DNA from: Octopus sinensis
Lineage: Eukaryota
Assembly: GCF_006345805.1 (NCBI RefSeq)
Contig: NC_042997.1
Coordinates: 69,502,001 to 69,566,000, forward strand
Direction: 5' to 3'
Length of the DNA stretch: 64,000 bases
Shown here: one piece after another, positions 41,401 through 54,036 of the stretch
How positions within the stretch are numbered: the first letter of the stretch is position 1
Layout: every line of letters begins with the position of its first letter
Notes under the pieces: model-generated
Databases searched by the model: none
What the model was told of the DNA's origin: nothing
Seen by the model: only the letters and a program-made list of their open reading frames with translations
Translations under genes and position numbers: made by a program

Positions 41401-43750
41401 CTTTCTTCATGATGTCCCCCAGACATTTCTCTATTTCTTCAATCGTCACTCTCACCAGTTTTCTCGTGTTTCTATCTTGCGTTCTATACGTTATCGTGAT
41501 GTTATTTTTCTTTCTATTGTTTCCACAGGCGGGACCAGCTTCACGCTGTCACCCTCCCTTTTGACGAACTTCTCGTATTCCTTCAATTGTTCTTTTCTAA
41601 AGAACACTTCTTTTATTCTAAGTGACTCGTCACTTTTTGTTGTGGCGACCCCCGCGTAAGTCTCCATGACTTGAGGGTCGACACACCTTCTATAAAAGGT
41701 TCAAACACGCAGCGGCAAACGCCTCGCGCGATTCAATTTTTGACAATTTTTTTTTAACAGTTTTTTTCCAAAGTTTCACATGCAAAAATAACTCACAACA
41801 CACTTGGGTAAATTTCCGCCATGGTGTTTTATTATTACCCACTAGGGGCTACATAGATGGGACAATACAATCGGGAATGAATAATGAATTATGAAGTTTG
41901 TACAATGTGGTGTAATGCCCGCTCGATCCCCGAAATCGAGCGGTTACATTTCGTCAATTAATTTTGTTCGTCAACAATATTTTCAAATAAAACATTTTTT
42001 ACATTTTCAACATACATTTCAAAAAGTTTTACAAAGTTCAACATTTCCTTTTTTTTTTTTTTTTCAGAATTTAAAGTTCTTTTTATCATTTCCAAATTAA
42101 GTTTTCACAATACCTTTTCTATTTATACACTCCATTATGTCTACCAAATCTGAGTAACTTCCATCGTTCGAGGCCACCTTTTAAGTCGGCATTTCATATG
42201 TTTTAACACGTTCTCGCCAGCTGCCTCGATGAACGCCTCGGCGTCGTTCTCGTGGATGAGTGCACCTGTTTCTTCCCATTCGGTGCCCATCCTGACCCAC
42301 GTATATCCGTTTGTTGCGCTTATTAAATCTTCCATTCCTCACAGTGCTTGTGATGGATCAACGTTCCATAGTATTTGTATTTTCTATTCGTACCTACGTT
42401 TTCTCTAGTTTTTCTCTTAGGACTTACTTCCTCTTTTTTCTCCTCCCTCGGTTTCTCTCTTTCTCTCTTTTTGCTTTCTCTTCTTTCTTTTTCCTTCTCT
42501 TGTCTTTTTGGCTCTTGTTTTCTGCGTCTCTCTACCTGTGCCTTAAGTTCCTTTCCTGTTGTTTCTTTTCCTTTTTGCATACCATCTTTTCCTTTCTCTT
42601 GTTTCTGTTCCTTCTCTTGTTCTTTTCCTGCTTTTTCTCTTTCCTTTAATGTACTTTCCTTTTCTTTCTCTTGCTTCTGCCTTGGCTCCTTCTCCACTAC
42701 TTCTGCACCCTGTGAATTTTGCTCCTCTTCTACTATCTTCTTCCCTTTGTTTTCATTTTCCTTCAGTGCGCTGTTACTTCCCTTCTCTTGTTGTTTCTCC
42801 GTTATTTCCTTTTCCTTGTTTTCGCTGTTCTTTCCTTCGTGTTCGTTTCCTTCTCTCCACTTTGTGTCTCTTTTTGCTCCGCTGTGAATTCATACAGCGG
42901 ACATTCCTTTTTATGTGCCCTCTTGATCCGCACAGGTAGCAGTTCGGTTTTCTGCCTTCCACTATTACACTAATTGTCTTCTCGTTTTCTATTTCTATTT
43001 GGAAGGGAAATCTTTCGATGTCTTCCATTGTGGCCATTAGCCACAACTCGACTCCGAATCCCTTCCAATTTACAACGTTCGTCTCCTTAATTGACCCTAT
43101 TTCTACTTCCCTTTTGCTGCTCCAATAATGGCTGTTACCAGCATTTCTGTTTTAATATTTGGGGGTACCTTTGGGACTCTTACCCGTACCCCTCGTCTTC
43201 CTTTATAACGTCGGCCACATGGTGAAATTTTCCGCTTTCAGGACAGTGGAAGCCAATGAGGCCGCCACTTCCTTTGTTGCGCATCTCACCTCCACCGTAC
43301 CATATTTCTTTCCTCTGTCTACAAAGTCGCTTTTTTCATGATGTCCCCCAGACATTTCTCTATTTCTTCAATCGTCACTCTCACCAGTTTTCTCGTGTTT
43401 CTATCTTGCGTTCTATACGTTATCGTGATGTTATTTTTCTCTTCTATTGTTTCCACAGGCGGGACCAGCTTCACGCTGTCACCCTCCCTTTTGACGAACT
43501 TCTCGTATTCCTTCAATTGTTCTTTTCTAAAGAACACTTCTTTATTCTAAGAGACTCGTCACTTTTGTTGTGGCGACCCCCGCGTAAGTCTCCATGACTT
43601 GAGGGTCGACACACCTTCTATAAAAGGTTCAAACACGCAGCGGCAAACGCCTCGCGCGATTCAATTTTTGACAATTTTTTAAACAGTTTTTTTCCAAAGT
43701 TTCACATGCAAAAATAACTCACAACACACTTGGGTAAATTTCCGCCGTGG
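26453..43750 (-). mobile_element. Tandem array of 9 type-A ORF1-only non-autonomous retroelements (~1.92 kb each)
   Basis: Units end at ~28361, 30284, 32202, 34125, 36051, 37976, 39900, 41824 and 43750. Each has a 5'UTR, one ORF (METYAGV...CYLCGSRGHIKKEC...DIMEYI), a 3'UTR and the LINE-like 3' end; no EN or RT. Confidence 0.93.
36344..37820 (-). CDS. Type-A ORF1-like protein (~490 aa consensus), representative copy A6 with indels
   Basis: ORF 37023-37820 (265 aa) plus ORF 36344-36586 reconstruct an N-terminal domain, CX2CX4HX4C knuckle, K/E-rich tract and C-terminal domain. Confidence 0.7.
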
Positions 43751-46700
43751 GATTTTATTACTACCCACAAGGGGCGAACATAGAGGGGACAATACAATCG
43801 AGGAACTTAAAATAAGAAAGCGAAATGACAAGAAAAGGAAAAAATTAAAAGTAAAAAATGACATATGAAAGAATATTTACAATGAGATGTAAATGCCCAC
43901 TCGATCCCCGAAATCGAGAGGTTACATTTTCGTCACATATATTTTACAATATTTTCTTTTTTTTTTTTTTTTTTTCTTCTTTCTTCTCTCTCTTCTCACA
44001 ATTTTATACGTATTCCATAATACCTTTCAAGTCTCTAAAGTCAATCACTGAGCCCTCAGGCAGCCGCTCTTTCATTCGAACACCCGTGTAAAAAATTACA
44101 CTCTCTCCAGCTGCTCTGAGGAACTCAGCGACTCTTTCTTCGGGGATCAGAGCAGTCTCCTGCCACTGATCAGTCATCCTGTTGACCCACACATGTCCCT
44201 CCGTACTACATGTCAATTCCTTCATTTCAGGGGTGAAATGGAAGGTTATTAACTTGTAGTAATCTTGTTTTCGTCCTACGTTTTCCCTCGTTTTTCTTTT
44301 CGGGCTTACTTCTTCCTTGTTCTCTCTCTTTGTTTCTCTCTTTCTCTCTTTTTGCTTTCTTTTCTTTCTTTTCCTTCTCTTGTCTTTTTGGTTCTTTGTC
44401 TGTTCTCTCTTTCTCTCGTGTTTTATGTTCCTTTTCTTTTTCTTTTTGTGTGCCGTCTTTTTCTTTTCGTTTGATTCTGATCTCTCTCTTGTTTTTTCCT
44501 GTTGTTTCTTTTTCCTTTTTCTTTTCCTGACTCTGTTTTGGTTCCATTTCTTTCTTTTTTTTATTTTTTTTTCTTCTTCGTTGACTTATTATTTCCTTTC
44601 TCTTGTTGTTTTGTCTCCTTTTCTATGTTTTCTTTTTCATTTACCTTATTCTTCCTTTCTTCAAGTTCCTGCTCGTACTCCGCTATGAATTCGTATAGCG
44701 GGCACTCTTTTTTAATGTGCCCCCTTGTCCCGCACAAGTAGCAGTTTGGCTTTCTACCCTCTACAATTACACTGAGGGTTTTCTCGTCTTCGATTTCTAT
44801 TCTGTAGGGGAACCTTTCAATGTCCTCTTTTGTGGCCATCAAACACAGTTCTACCCCATATCCTCTCCAGTTTACTGCATTGGACTCCTTAAAGGATTCC
44901 ACCTCCACTTCCTCTTCTGCTGCTCCCAGAATAGCTGTTGCCAGCCACTCTGTTTTTATTTCTGGGGGTATATTCGGGATTTTAACCCGGACCCCTCTTC
45001 TTCCCTTGTATGAGGGCCACATTATGAATGTTTCGCGCTCTTAGAACAGTGGTAGCCAGTGAGGCTGCAATTTCTTCCGTTGCACATCTCACCTCCACCG
45101 TACCAAATTTTTTCCTCTACTCACGTAGGTCGATTTATCCATTATGTCTCCCAGACATTTTTCGATCTCTGCTATCTCCACTCTTGCCAGTTTCTTTGTA
45201 CTTTTGTCCTGGGTTCTATACGTTACAGTTTTGTTTTCTTTGTCCTCTTTTGCTTTCGCGGGGGGGATTAGCTTCACGCTATCACCCTCCCTTTTGAATA
45301 GCTTTTCGTATTCTTTGAGTTTATTCTTCTCAAAGAAAACATCCTTACGACTATCGAGCAATCATTACTTCTCTTTCCGTGACCCCCGCGTAAGTCGCCA
45401 TGACTAGAGGGTCAATTCACCTTCTTCGGAAGGTTTCCACACGTAGAGGCAAACGCCTCGCGCGATAATATTATCAATTTACACAACAAAATTCCTGTCT
45501 AGTCACAGATAACAACACATGGGTAAATTTCCGCCGTGGATTTTATTACTACCCACAAGGGGCGAACATAGAGGGGACAATACAATCGAGGAACTTAAAA
45601 TAAGAAAGCGAAATGACAAGAAAAGGAAAAAATTAAAAGTAAAAAATGACATATGAAAGAATATTTACAATGAGATGTAAATGCCCACTCGATCCCCGAA
45701 ATCGAGAGGTTACATTTTCGTCACATATATTTTCACAAATTTTCTTTTTTTTTTTTTTTTTTCTTCTTCTCTCTCTTCTCACAATTTTATACGTATTCCA
45801 TAATACCTTTCAAGTCTCTAAAGTCAATCACTGAGCCCTCAGGCAGCCGCTCTTTCATTCGAACACCCGTGTAAAAAATTACACTCTCTCCAGCTGCTCT
45901 GAGGAACTCAGCGACTCTTTCTTCGGGGATCAGAGCAGTCTCCTGCCACTGATCAGTCATCCTGTTGACCCACACATGTCCCTCCGTACTACATGTCAAT
46001 TCCTTCATTTCAGGGGTGAAATGGAAGGTTATTAACTTGTAGTAATCTTGTTTTCGTCCTACGTTTTCCCTCGTTTTTCTTTTCGGGCTTACTTCTTCCT
46101 TGTTCTCCTCTCTTTGTTTCTCTCTTTCTCTCTTTTTGCTTTCTTTTCTTCTTCTTCCTTTCTTGTCTTTTTGGTTCTTTGTCTGTTCTCTCTTTCTCTC
46201 GTGTTTTATGTTCCTTTTCTTTTTTTTTTGTGTGCCGTCTTTTCTTTTCGTTTGATCTGATCTCTCTGTGTTTTTTCCTGTTGTTTTTTTCCTTTTTCTT
46301 TTCCTGACTCTGTTTTGGTTCCATTTCTTTCTTTTCTTTTATATCTTTTTCTTTCGTTGACTTATTATTTCCTTTCTCTTGTTGTTTTGTCTCCTTTTCT
46401 ATGTTTTCTTTTTCATTTACCTTATTCTTCCTTTCTTCAAGTTCCTGCTCGTACTCCGCTATGAATTCGTATAGCGGGCACTCTTTTTTAATGTGCCCCC
46501 TTGTCCCGCACAAGTAGCAGTTTGGCTTTCTTACCCTCTACAATTACACTGAGGGTTTTCTCGTCTTCGATTTATTCTGTAGGGGAACCTTTCAATGTCC
46601 TCTTTTGTGGCCATCAAACACAGTTCTACCCCATATCCTCTCCAGTTTACTGCATTGGACTCCTTAAAGGATTCCACCTCCACTTCCTCTTCTGCTGCTC

Positions 46701-49700
46701 CCGAATAGCTGTTGCCAGCCACTCTGTTTTTATTTCTGGGGGTATATTCGGGATTTTAACCCGGACCCCTCTTCTTCCTTGTATGAGGGCCACATTATGA
46801 ATGTTTCCGCTCTTAGAACAGTGGTAGCCAGTGAGGCTGCAATTTCTTCCGTTGCACATCTCACCTCCACCGTACCAAATTTTTTTCCTCTACTCACGTA
46901 GGTCGATTTATCCATTATGTCTCCCAGACATTTTTCGATCTCTGCTATCTCCACTCTTGCCAGTTTCTTTGTACTTTTGTCCTGGGTTCTATACGTTACA
47001 GTTTTGTTTTCTTGTCCTCTTTTGCTTTCGCGGGGGGGATTAGCTTCACGCTATCACCCTCCCTTTTGAATAGCTTTTCGTATTCTTTGAGTTTATTCTT
47101 CTCAAAGAAAACATCCTTCACGACTATCGAGCAATCATTACTTCTCTTCCCGTGACCCCCGCGTAAGTCGCCATGACTAGAGGGTCAATTCACCTTCTTC
47201 GGAAGGTTTCCACACGTAGAGGCAAACGCCTCGCGCGATAATATCAATTTACACAACAAAATTCCTGTCTAGTCACAGATAACAACACACTTGGGTAAAT
47301 TTCGCCGTGGGATTTTATTACTACCCACAAGGGGCGAACATAGAGGGGACAATACAATCGAGGAACTTAAAATAAGAAAGCGAAATGACAAGAAAAGGAA
47401 AAAATTAAAAGTAAAAAATGACATATGAAAGAATATTTACAATGAGATGTAAATGCCCACTCGATCCCCGAAATCGAGAGGTTACATTTTCGTCACATAT
47501 TTTACAATATTCTTTTTTTTTTTTTTTCTTCTTTCTTCTCTCTCTTCTCACAATTTTATACGTATTCCATAATACCTTTCAAGTCTCTAAAGTCAATCAC
47601 TGAGCCCTCAGGCAGCCGCTCTTTCATTCGAACACCCGTGTAAAAAATTACACTCTCTCCAGCTGCTCTGAGGAACTCAGCGACTCTTTCTTCGGGGATC
47701 AGAGCAGTCTCCTGCCACTGATCAGTCATCCTGTTGACCACACATGTCCCTCCGTACTACATGTCAATTCCTTCATTTCAGGGGTGAAATGGAAGGTTAT
47801 TAACTTGTAGTAATCTTGTTTTCGTCCTACGTTTTCCCTCGTTTTTCTTTTCGGGCTTACTTCTTCCTTGTTCTCCTCTCTTGTTTCTCTCTTTCTCTCT
47901 TTTTGCTTTCTTTTCTTTCTTCTTCCTTCTCTTGTCTTTTTGGTTCTTTGTCTGTTCTCTCTTTCTCTCGTGTTTTATGTTCCTTTTCTTTTTCTTTTGT
48001 GTGCCGTCTTTTCTTTTCGTTTGATTCTGATCTCTCTCTTGTTTTTTTCCTGTTGTTTCTTTTCCTTTTTCTTTTCCTGACTCTGTTTTGGTTCCATTTC
48101 TTTCTTTTCTTTTATATCTTTTTTTTCGTTGACTTATTATTTCCTTTCTCTTGTTGTTTTGTCTCCTTTTCTATGTTTTCTTTTTCATTTACCTTATTCT
48201 TCCTTTCTTCAAGTTCCTGCTCGTACTCCGCTATGAATTCGTATAGCGGGCACTCTTTTTTAATGTGCCCCCTTGTCCCGCACAAGTAGCAGTTTGGCTT
48301 TCTACCCTCTACAATTACACTGAGGGTTTTCTCGTCTTCGATTTCTATTCTGTAGGGGAACCTTTCAATGTCCTCTTTTGTGGCCATCAAACACAGTTCT
48401 ACCCCATATCCTCTCCAGTTTACTGCATTGGACTCCTTAAAGGATTCCACCTCCACTTCCTCTTCTGCTGCTCCCAGAATAGCTGTTGCCAGCCACTCTG
48501 TTTTTATTTCTGGGGGTATATTCGGGATTTTAACCCGGACCCCTCTTTTCCCTTGTATGAGGGCCACATTATGAATGTTTCCGCTCTTAGAACAGTGGTA
48601 GCCAGTGAGGCTGCAATTCTTCCGTTGCACATCTCACCTCCACCGTACCAAATTTTTTCCTCTACTCACGTAGGTCGATTTATCCATTATGTCTCCCAGA
48701 CATTTTTCGATCTCTGCTATCTCCACTCTTGCCAGTTTCTTTGTACTTTTGTCCTGGGTTCTATACGTTACAGTTTTGTTTTGTTTTCTTTGTCCTCTTT
48801 TGCTTTCGCGGGGGGGATTAGCTTCACGCTATCACCCTCCCTTTTGAATAGCTTTTCGTATTCTTTGAGTTTATTCTTCTCAAAGAAAACATCCTTCACG
48901 ACTATCGAGCAATCATTACTTCTCTTTCCCGTGACCCCCGCGTAAGTCGCCATGACTAGAGGGTCAATTCACCTTCTTCGGAAGGTTTCCACACGTAGAG
49001 GCAAACGCCTCGCGCGATAATTATCAATTTACACAACAAAATTCCTGTCTAGTCACAGATAACAACACACTGGGTAAATTTCCGCGTGGGGATTTATTAC
49101 TACCCACAAGGGGCGAACATAGAGGGGACAATACAATCGAGGAACTTAAAATAAGAAAGCGAAATGACAAGAAAAGGAAAAAATAAAAGTAAAAAATGAC
49201 ATATGAAAGAATATTTACAATGAGATGTAAATGCCCACTCGATCCCCGAAATCGAGAGGTTACATTTTCGTCACATATATTTTACAATATTTTCTTTTTT
49301 TTTTTTTTCTTCTTCTCTCTCTCTTCTCACAATTTTATACGTATTCCATAATACCTTTCAAGTCTCTAAAGTCAATCACTGAGCCCTCAGGCAGCCGCTC
49401 TTTCATTCGAACACCCGTGTAAAAAATTACACTCTCTCCAGCTGCTCTGAGGAACTCAGCGACTCTTTCTTCGGGGATCAGAGTCTCCTGCCACTGATCA
49501 GTCATCCTGTTGACCCACACATGTCCCTCCGTACTACATGTCAATTCCTTCATTTGGGTGAAATGGAAGGTTATTAACTTGTAGTAATCTTGTTTTCGTC
49601 CTACGTTTTCCCTCGTTTTTCTTTTCGGGCTTACTTCTTCCTTGTTCTCTCTCTTTGTTTCTCTCTTTCTCTCTTTTTGCTTCTTTTCTCTTCTTCCTTC

Positions 49701-52647
49701 TCTTGTCTTTTTGGTTCTTTGTCTGTTCTCTCTTTCTCTCGTGTTTTATGTTCCTTTTCTTTTTCTTTTTGTGTGCCGTCTTTTCTTTTCGTTTGATTCT
49801 GATCTCTCTCTTGTTTTTTTCCTGTTGTTTCTTTTTCCTTTTTCTTTTCCTGACTCTGTTTTGGTTCCATTTCTTTCTTTTCTTTTATATCTTTTTCTTT
49901 CGTTGACTTATTATTTCCTTTCTCTTGTTGTTTTGTCTCCTTTTCTATGTTTTCTTTTTCATTTACCTTATTCTTCTTTCTTCAAGTTCCTGCTCGTACT
50001 CCGCTATGAATTCGTATAGCGGGCACTCTTTTTTAATGTGCCCCCTTGTCCCGCACAAGTAGCAGTTTGGCTTTCTACCCTCTACAATTACACTGAGGGT
50101 TTTCTCGTCTTCGATTTCTATTCTGTAGGGGAACCTTTCAATGTCCTCTTTTGTGGCCATCAAACACAGTTCTACCCCATATCCTCTCCAGTTTACTGCA
50201 TTGGACTCCTTAAAGGATTCCACCTCCACTTCCTCTTCTGCTGCTCCAGAATAGCTGTTGCCAGCCACTCTGTTTTTATTTCTGGGGGTATATTCGGGAT
50301 TTTAACCCGGACCCCTCTTCTTCCCTTGTATGAGGGCCACATTATGAATGTTTCCGCTCTTAGAACAGTGGTAGCCAGTGAGGCTGCAATTTCTTCCGTT
50401 GCACATCTCACCTCCACCGTACCAAATTTTTTTCCTCTACTCACGTAGGTCGATTTATCCATTATGTCTCCCAGACATTTTTCGATCTCTGCTATCTCCA
50501 CTCTTGCCAGTTTCTTTGTACTTTTGTCCTGGGTTCTATACGTTACAGTTTTGTTTTCTTTGTCCTCTTTTGCTTTCGCGGGGGGGATTAGCTTCACGCT
50601 ATCACCCTCCCTTTTGAATAGCTTTTCGTATTCTTTGAGTTTATTCTTCTCAAAGAAAACATCCTTCACGACTATCGAGCAATCATTACTTCTCTTTCCC
50701 GTGACCCCCGCGTAAGTCGCCATGACTAGAGGGTCAATTCACCTTCTTCGGAAGGTTTCCACACGTAGAGGCAAACGCCTCGCGCGATAATTATCAATTT
50801 ACAACAACAAAATTCCTGTCTAGTCACAGATAACAACACACTTGGGTAAATTTCCGCCGTGGGTTTTATTACTACCCACAAGGGGCGAACATAGAGGGGA
50901 CAATACAATCGAGGAACTTAAATTAAGAAAGCGAAATGACAAGAAAAGGAAAAAATAAAGTAAAAAATGACATATGAAAGAATATTTACAATGAGATGTA
51001 AATGCCCACTCGATCCCCGAAATCGAGAGGTTACATTTTCGTCACATATATTTTACAATATTTTCTTTTTTTTTTTTTTTTTCTTCTTTCTTCTCTCTCT
51101 TCTCACAATTTTATACGTATTCCATAATACCTTTCAAGTCTCTAAAGTCAATCACTGAGCCCTCAGGCAGCCGCTCTTTCATTCGAACACCCGTGTAAAA
51201 ATTACACTCTCTCCAGCTGCTCTGAGGAACTCAGCGACTCTTTCTTCGGGGATCAGAGCAGTCTCCTGCCACTGATCAGTCATCCTGTTGACCCACACAT
51301 GTCCCTCCGTACTACATGTCAATTCCTTCATTTCAGGGGTGAAATGGAAGGTTATTAACTGTAGTAATCTTGTTTTCGTCCTACGTTTTCCCTCGTTTTT
51401 CTTTTCGGGCTTACTTCTTCCTTGTTCTCCTCTCTTTGTTTCTCTCTTTCTCTCTTTTTGCTTTCTTCTTTCTTCTTCCTTCTCTTGTCTTTTTGGTTCT
51501 TTGTCTGTTCTCTCTTTCTCTCGTGTTTTTATGTTCCTTTTCTTTTCTTTTTGTGTGCCGTCTTTTTTTTCGTTTGATTCTGATCTCTCTCTTGTTTTTT
51601 CCTGTTGTTTCTTTTTCCTTTTTCTTTTCCTGACTCTGTTTTGGTTCCATTTCTTTCTTTTCTTTTATATCTTTTTCTTTCGTTGACTTATTATTTCCTT
51701 TCTCTTGTTGTTTTGTCTCCTTTTCTATGTTTTCTTTTTCATTTACTTATTCTTCCTTTCTTCAAGTTCCTGCTCGTACTCCGCTATGAATTCGTATAGC
51801 GGGCACTCTTTTTTAATGTGCCCCCTTGTCCCGCACAAGTAGCAGTTTGGCTTTCTACCCTCTACAATTACACTGAGGGTTTTCTCGTCTTCGATTTCTA
51901 TTCTGTAGGGGAACCTTTCAATGTCCTCTTTTGTGGCCATCAAACACAGTTCTACCCCATATCCTCTCCAGTTTACTGCATTGGACTCCTTAAAGGATTC
52001 CACCTCCACTTCCTCTTCTGCTGCTCCCAGAATAGCTGTTGCCAGCCACTCTGTTTTTATTTCTGGGGGTATATTCGGGATTTTAACCGGACCCCTCTTC
52101 TTCCCTTGTATGAGGGCCACATTATGAATGTTTCCGCTCTTAGAACAGTGGTAGCCAGTGAGGCTGCAATTTCTTCCGTTGCACATCTCACCTCCACCGT
52201 ACCAAATTTTTTTCCTCTACTCACGTAGGTCGATTTATCCATTATGTCTCCCAGACATTTTTCGATCTCTGCTATCTCCACTCTTGCCAGTTTCTTTGTA
52301 CTTTTGTCCTGGGTTCTATACGTTACAGTTTTGTTTTCTTTGTCCTCTTTTGCTTTCGCGGGGGGGATTAGCTTCACGCTATCACCCTCCCTTTTGAATA
52401 GCTTTTCGTATTCTTTGAGTTTATTCTTCTCAAAGAAAACATCTTCACGACTATCGAGCAATCGAGCAATCATTACTTCTCTTCCCGTGACCCCCGCGTA
52501 AGTCGCCATGACTAGAGGGTCAATTCACCTTCTTCGGAAGGTTTCCACACGTAGAGGCAAACGCCTCGCGCGATAATTATCAATTTACACAACAAAATTC
52601 CTGTCTAGTCACAGATAACAACACACTTGGGTAAATTTCCGCCGTGG
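43751..52647 (-). mobile_element. Tandem array of 5 type-B ORF1-only non-autonomous retroelements (~1.78 kb each)
   Basis: Units end at ~45539, 47310, 49089, 50862 and 52647. ORF MATYAGV...CYLCGTRGHIKKEC...GIMEYV is a diverged paralog of type A. Confidence 0.93.
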
Positions 52648-53202
52648 GTTGAAAAATCTTCTTTTTTCTCTACATTGTATACTTTATAGACAATAGGCTT
52701 TTCTTTAATTTAATTTTTATTATCCATCTGGACTATTCCATTTCTGCCGCTAATTTTATTTTTAATTTATTCTCATTCATGTGAAACACTTATTCAAGTT
52801 CAAGTCATTGATGCAATTTTATACCAATTGCTATTTTTACTTTGTTATGTTACGATTATATTATACTTTAATTTGATTGTAATATTACTTACTACATATA
52901 TTCAATTGTTATTATTATTTTTATTGTTAAAGTGAAAGTATCTGACATAAAATAGAGAATGTTTTTGTTTCACTTTTAACACGTAATACTGAAATAGTGG
53001 AGAAGATATGATATTGCTATGGGCTCGCTCTAGGCAAGAAGTTGACACTTTTTTCCCATGAAATACATGGACCCTAAGTAAGCATGTGTAAAATTTGAAT
53101 GAAATGGTTGAGTAGTTCTCAAGTTTTAGGGAAAACACAGGAGACAAACATGACAGACAGATAGGCAGACAGACACACATTCTCAGTTTTATATATATAA
53201 AG
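52648..53202 (-). mobile_element. Non-autonomous Helitron, 5' portion
   Basis: Minus strand begins CTTTATATATATAAAACTGAGAATGTGTGTCTGTCTG (A|TC intact in the duplicate at 56778), with a (CTGT)n tract; flanked by (TA)n. Confidence 0.75.
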
Positions 53203-53868
53203 TATATATATATATATATATATAATAAAAATAAGCAGTCAATAATGTCTCCTCTTTGTTCCTTATTTTGATTATAATTATATACTCACCCCACAGATTT
53301 TTATGGATAAACACCATACAGAATTCTGGTGCATCTAAATTAAGTACCATATTCATTTGAATCTAAATTTTGTGCGAAACTTAAATAGAATATATATATC
53401 ATATATATATATATAATATATATATAGATCTATGATATTATATATAATATATCGTTGTTATTTTAAAAGTGACGAAAGCCCAAAATGTTGCTTTTCCAGA
53501 AAACGAAAAAATAGTTTTACCATTCCATAGCAAAATTTTGTGTTATTTGCATCTGAAGCAGCTGGAGATACGACAGTTTGACCAAACGAACTAACTATTA
53601 CAAGCAAAAATAAATACCGAAAAGAAATCGCGTTTGGCCCAATTTTGGACATAGAGAGAGGAGGAGAGATAGGGACAAAAGAGACACAGCAAAGTGAAGC
53701 AAGCAGACATGAATGTAGTAAGTTTGTCGTGTAGGAAACGATTCCTGTTGCACTAGCGTGCCGGAAGCAGATCAAGTATTTGTACACGGATGTATATGTA
53801 TATGTGTGTCTTATATACTAACTATATATATATATACATATGTGTTTAAACATATGTGATAGATAGAC

Positions 53869-53936
<68 letters not shown>

Positions 53937-54036
53937 NNNNNNNNNNNNNNNNNNNNNNNNNNNNNNNNNNNNNNNNNNNNNNNNNNNNNNNNNNNNNNNN
54001 NNNNNNNNNNNNNNNNNNNNNNNNNNNNNNNNNNNN
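53937..54036. other. Assembly gap (100 N)
   Basis: Run of N. Confidence 1.

Noticed and set aside
26441-52647. CRISPR-like or LTR/retroviral reading of the array
   Set aside because: Units are 1.8-1.9 kb near-identical coding repeats, not unique spacers. There are no LTRs, PBS, protease or integrase, and the 3' ends match the adjacent LINE.
26453-52647. Tandem host gene family (zinc-knuckle protein)
   Set aside because: Intronless units share the terminus and ORF1 homology with the LINE and lie within a Helitron. Domestication is not excluded but is unsupported.
21261-52647. Telomeric HeT-A/TART-like function
   Set aside because: The array is interstitial with ordinary flanks on both sides and no telomeric repeats; the analogy is structural only.
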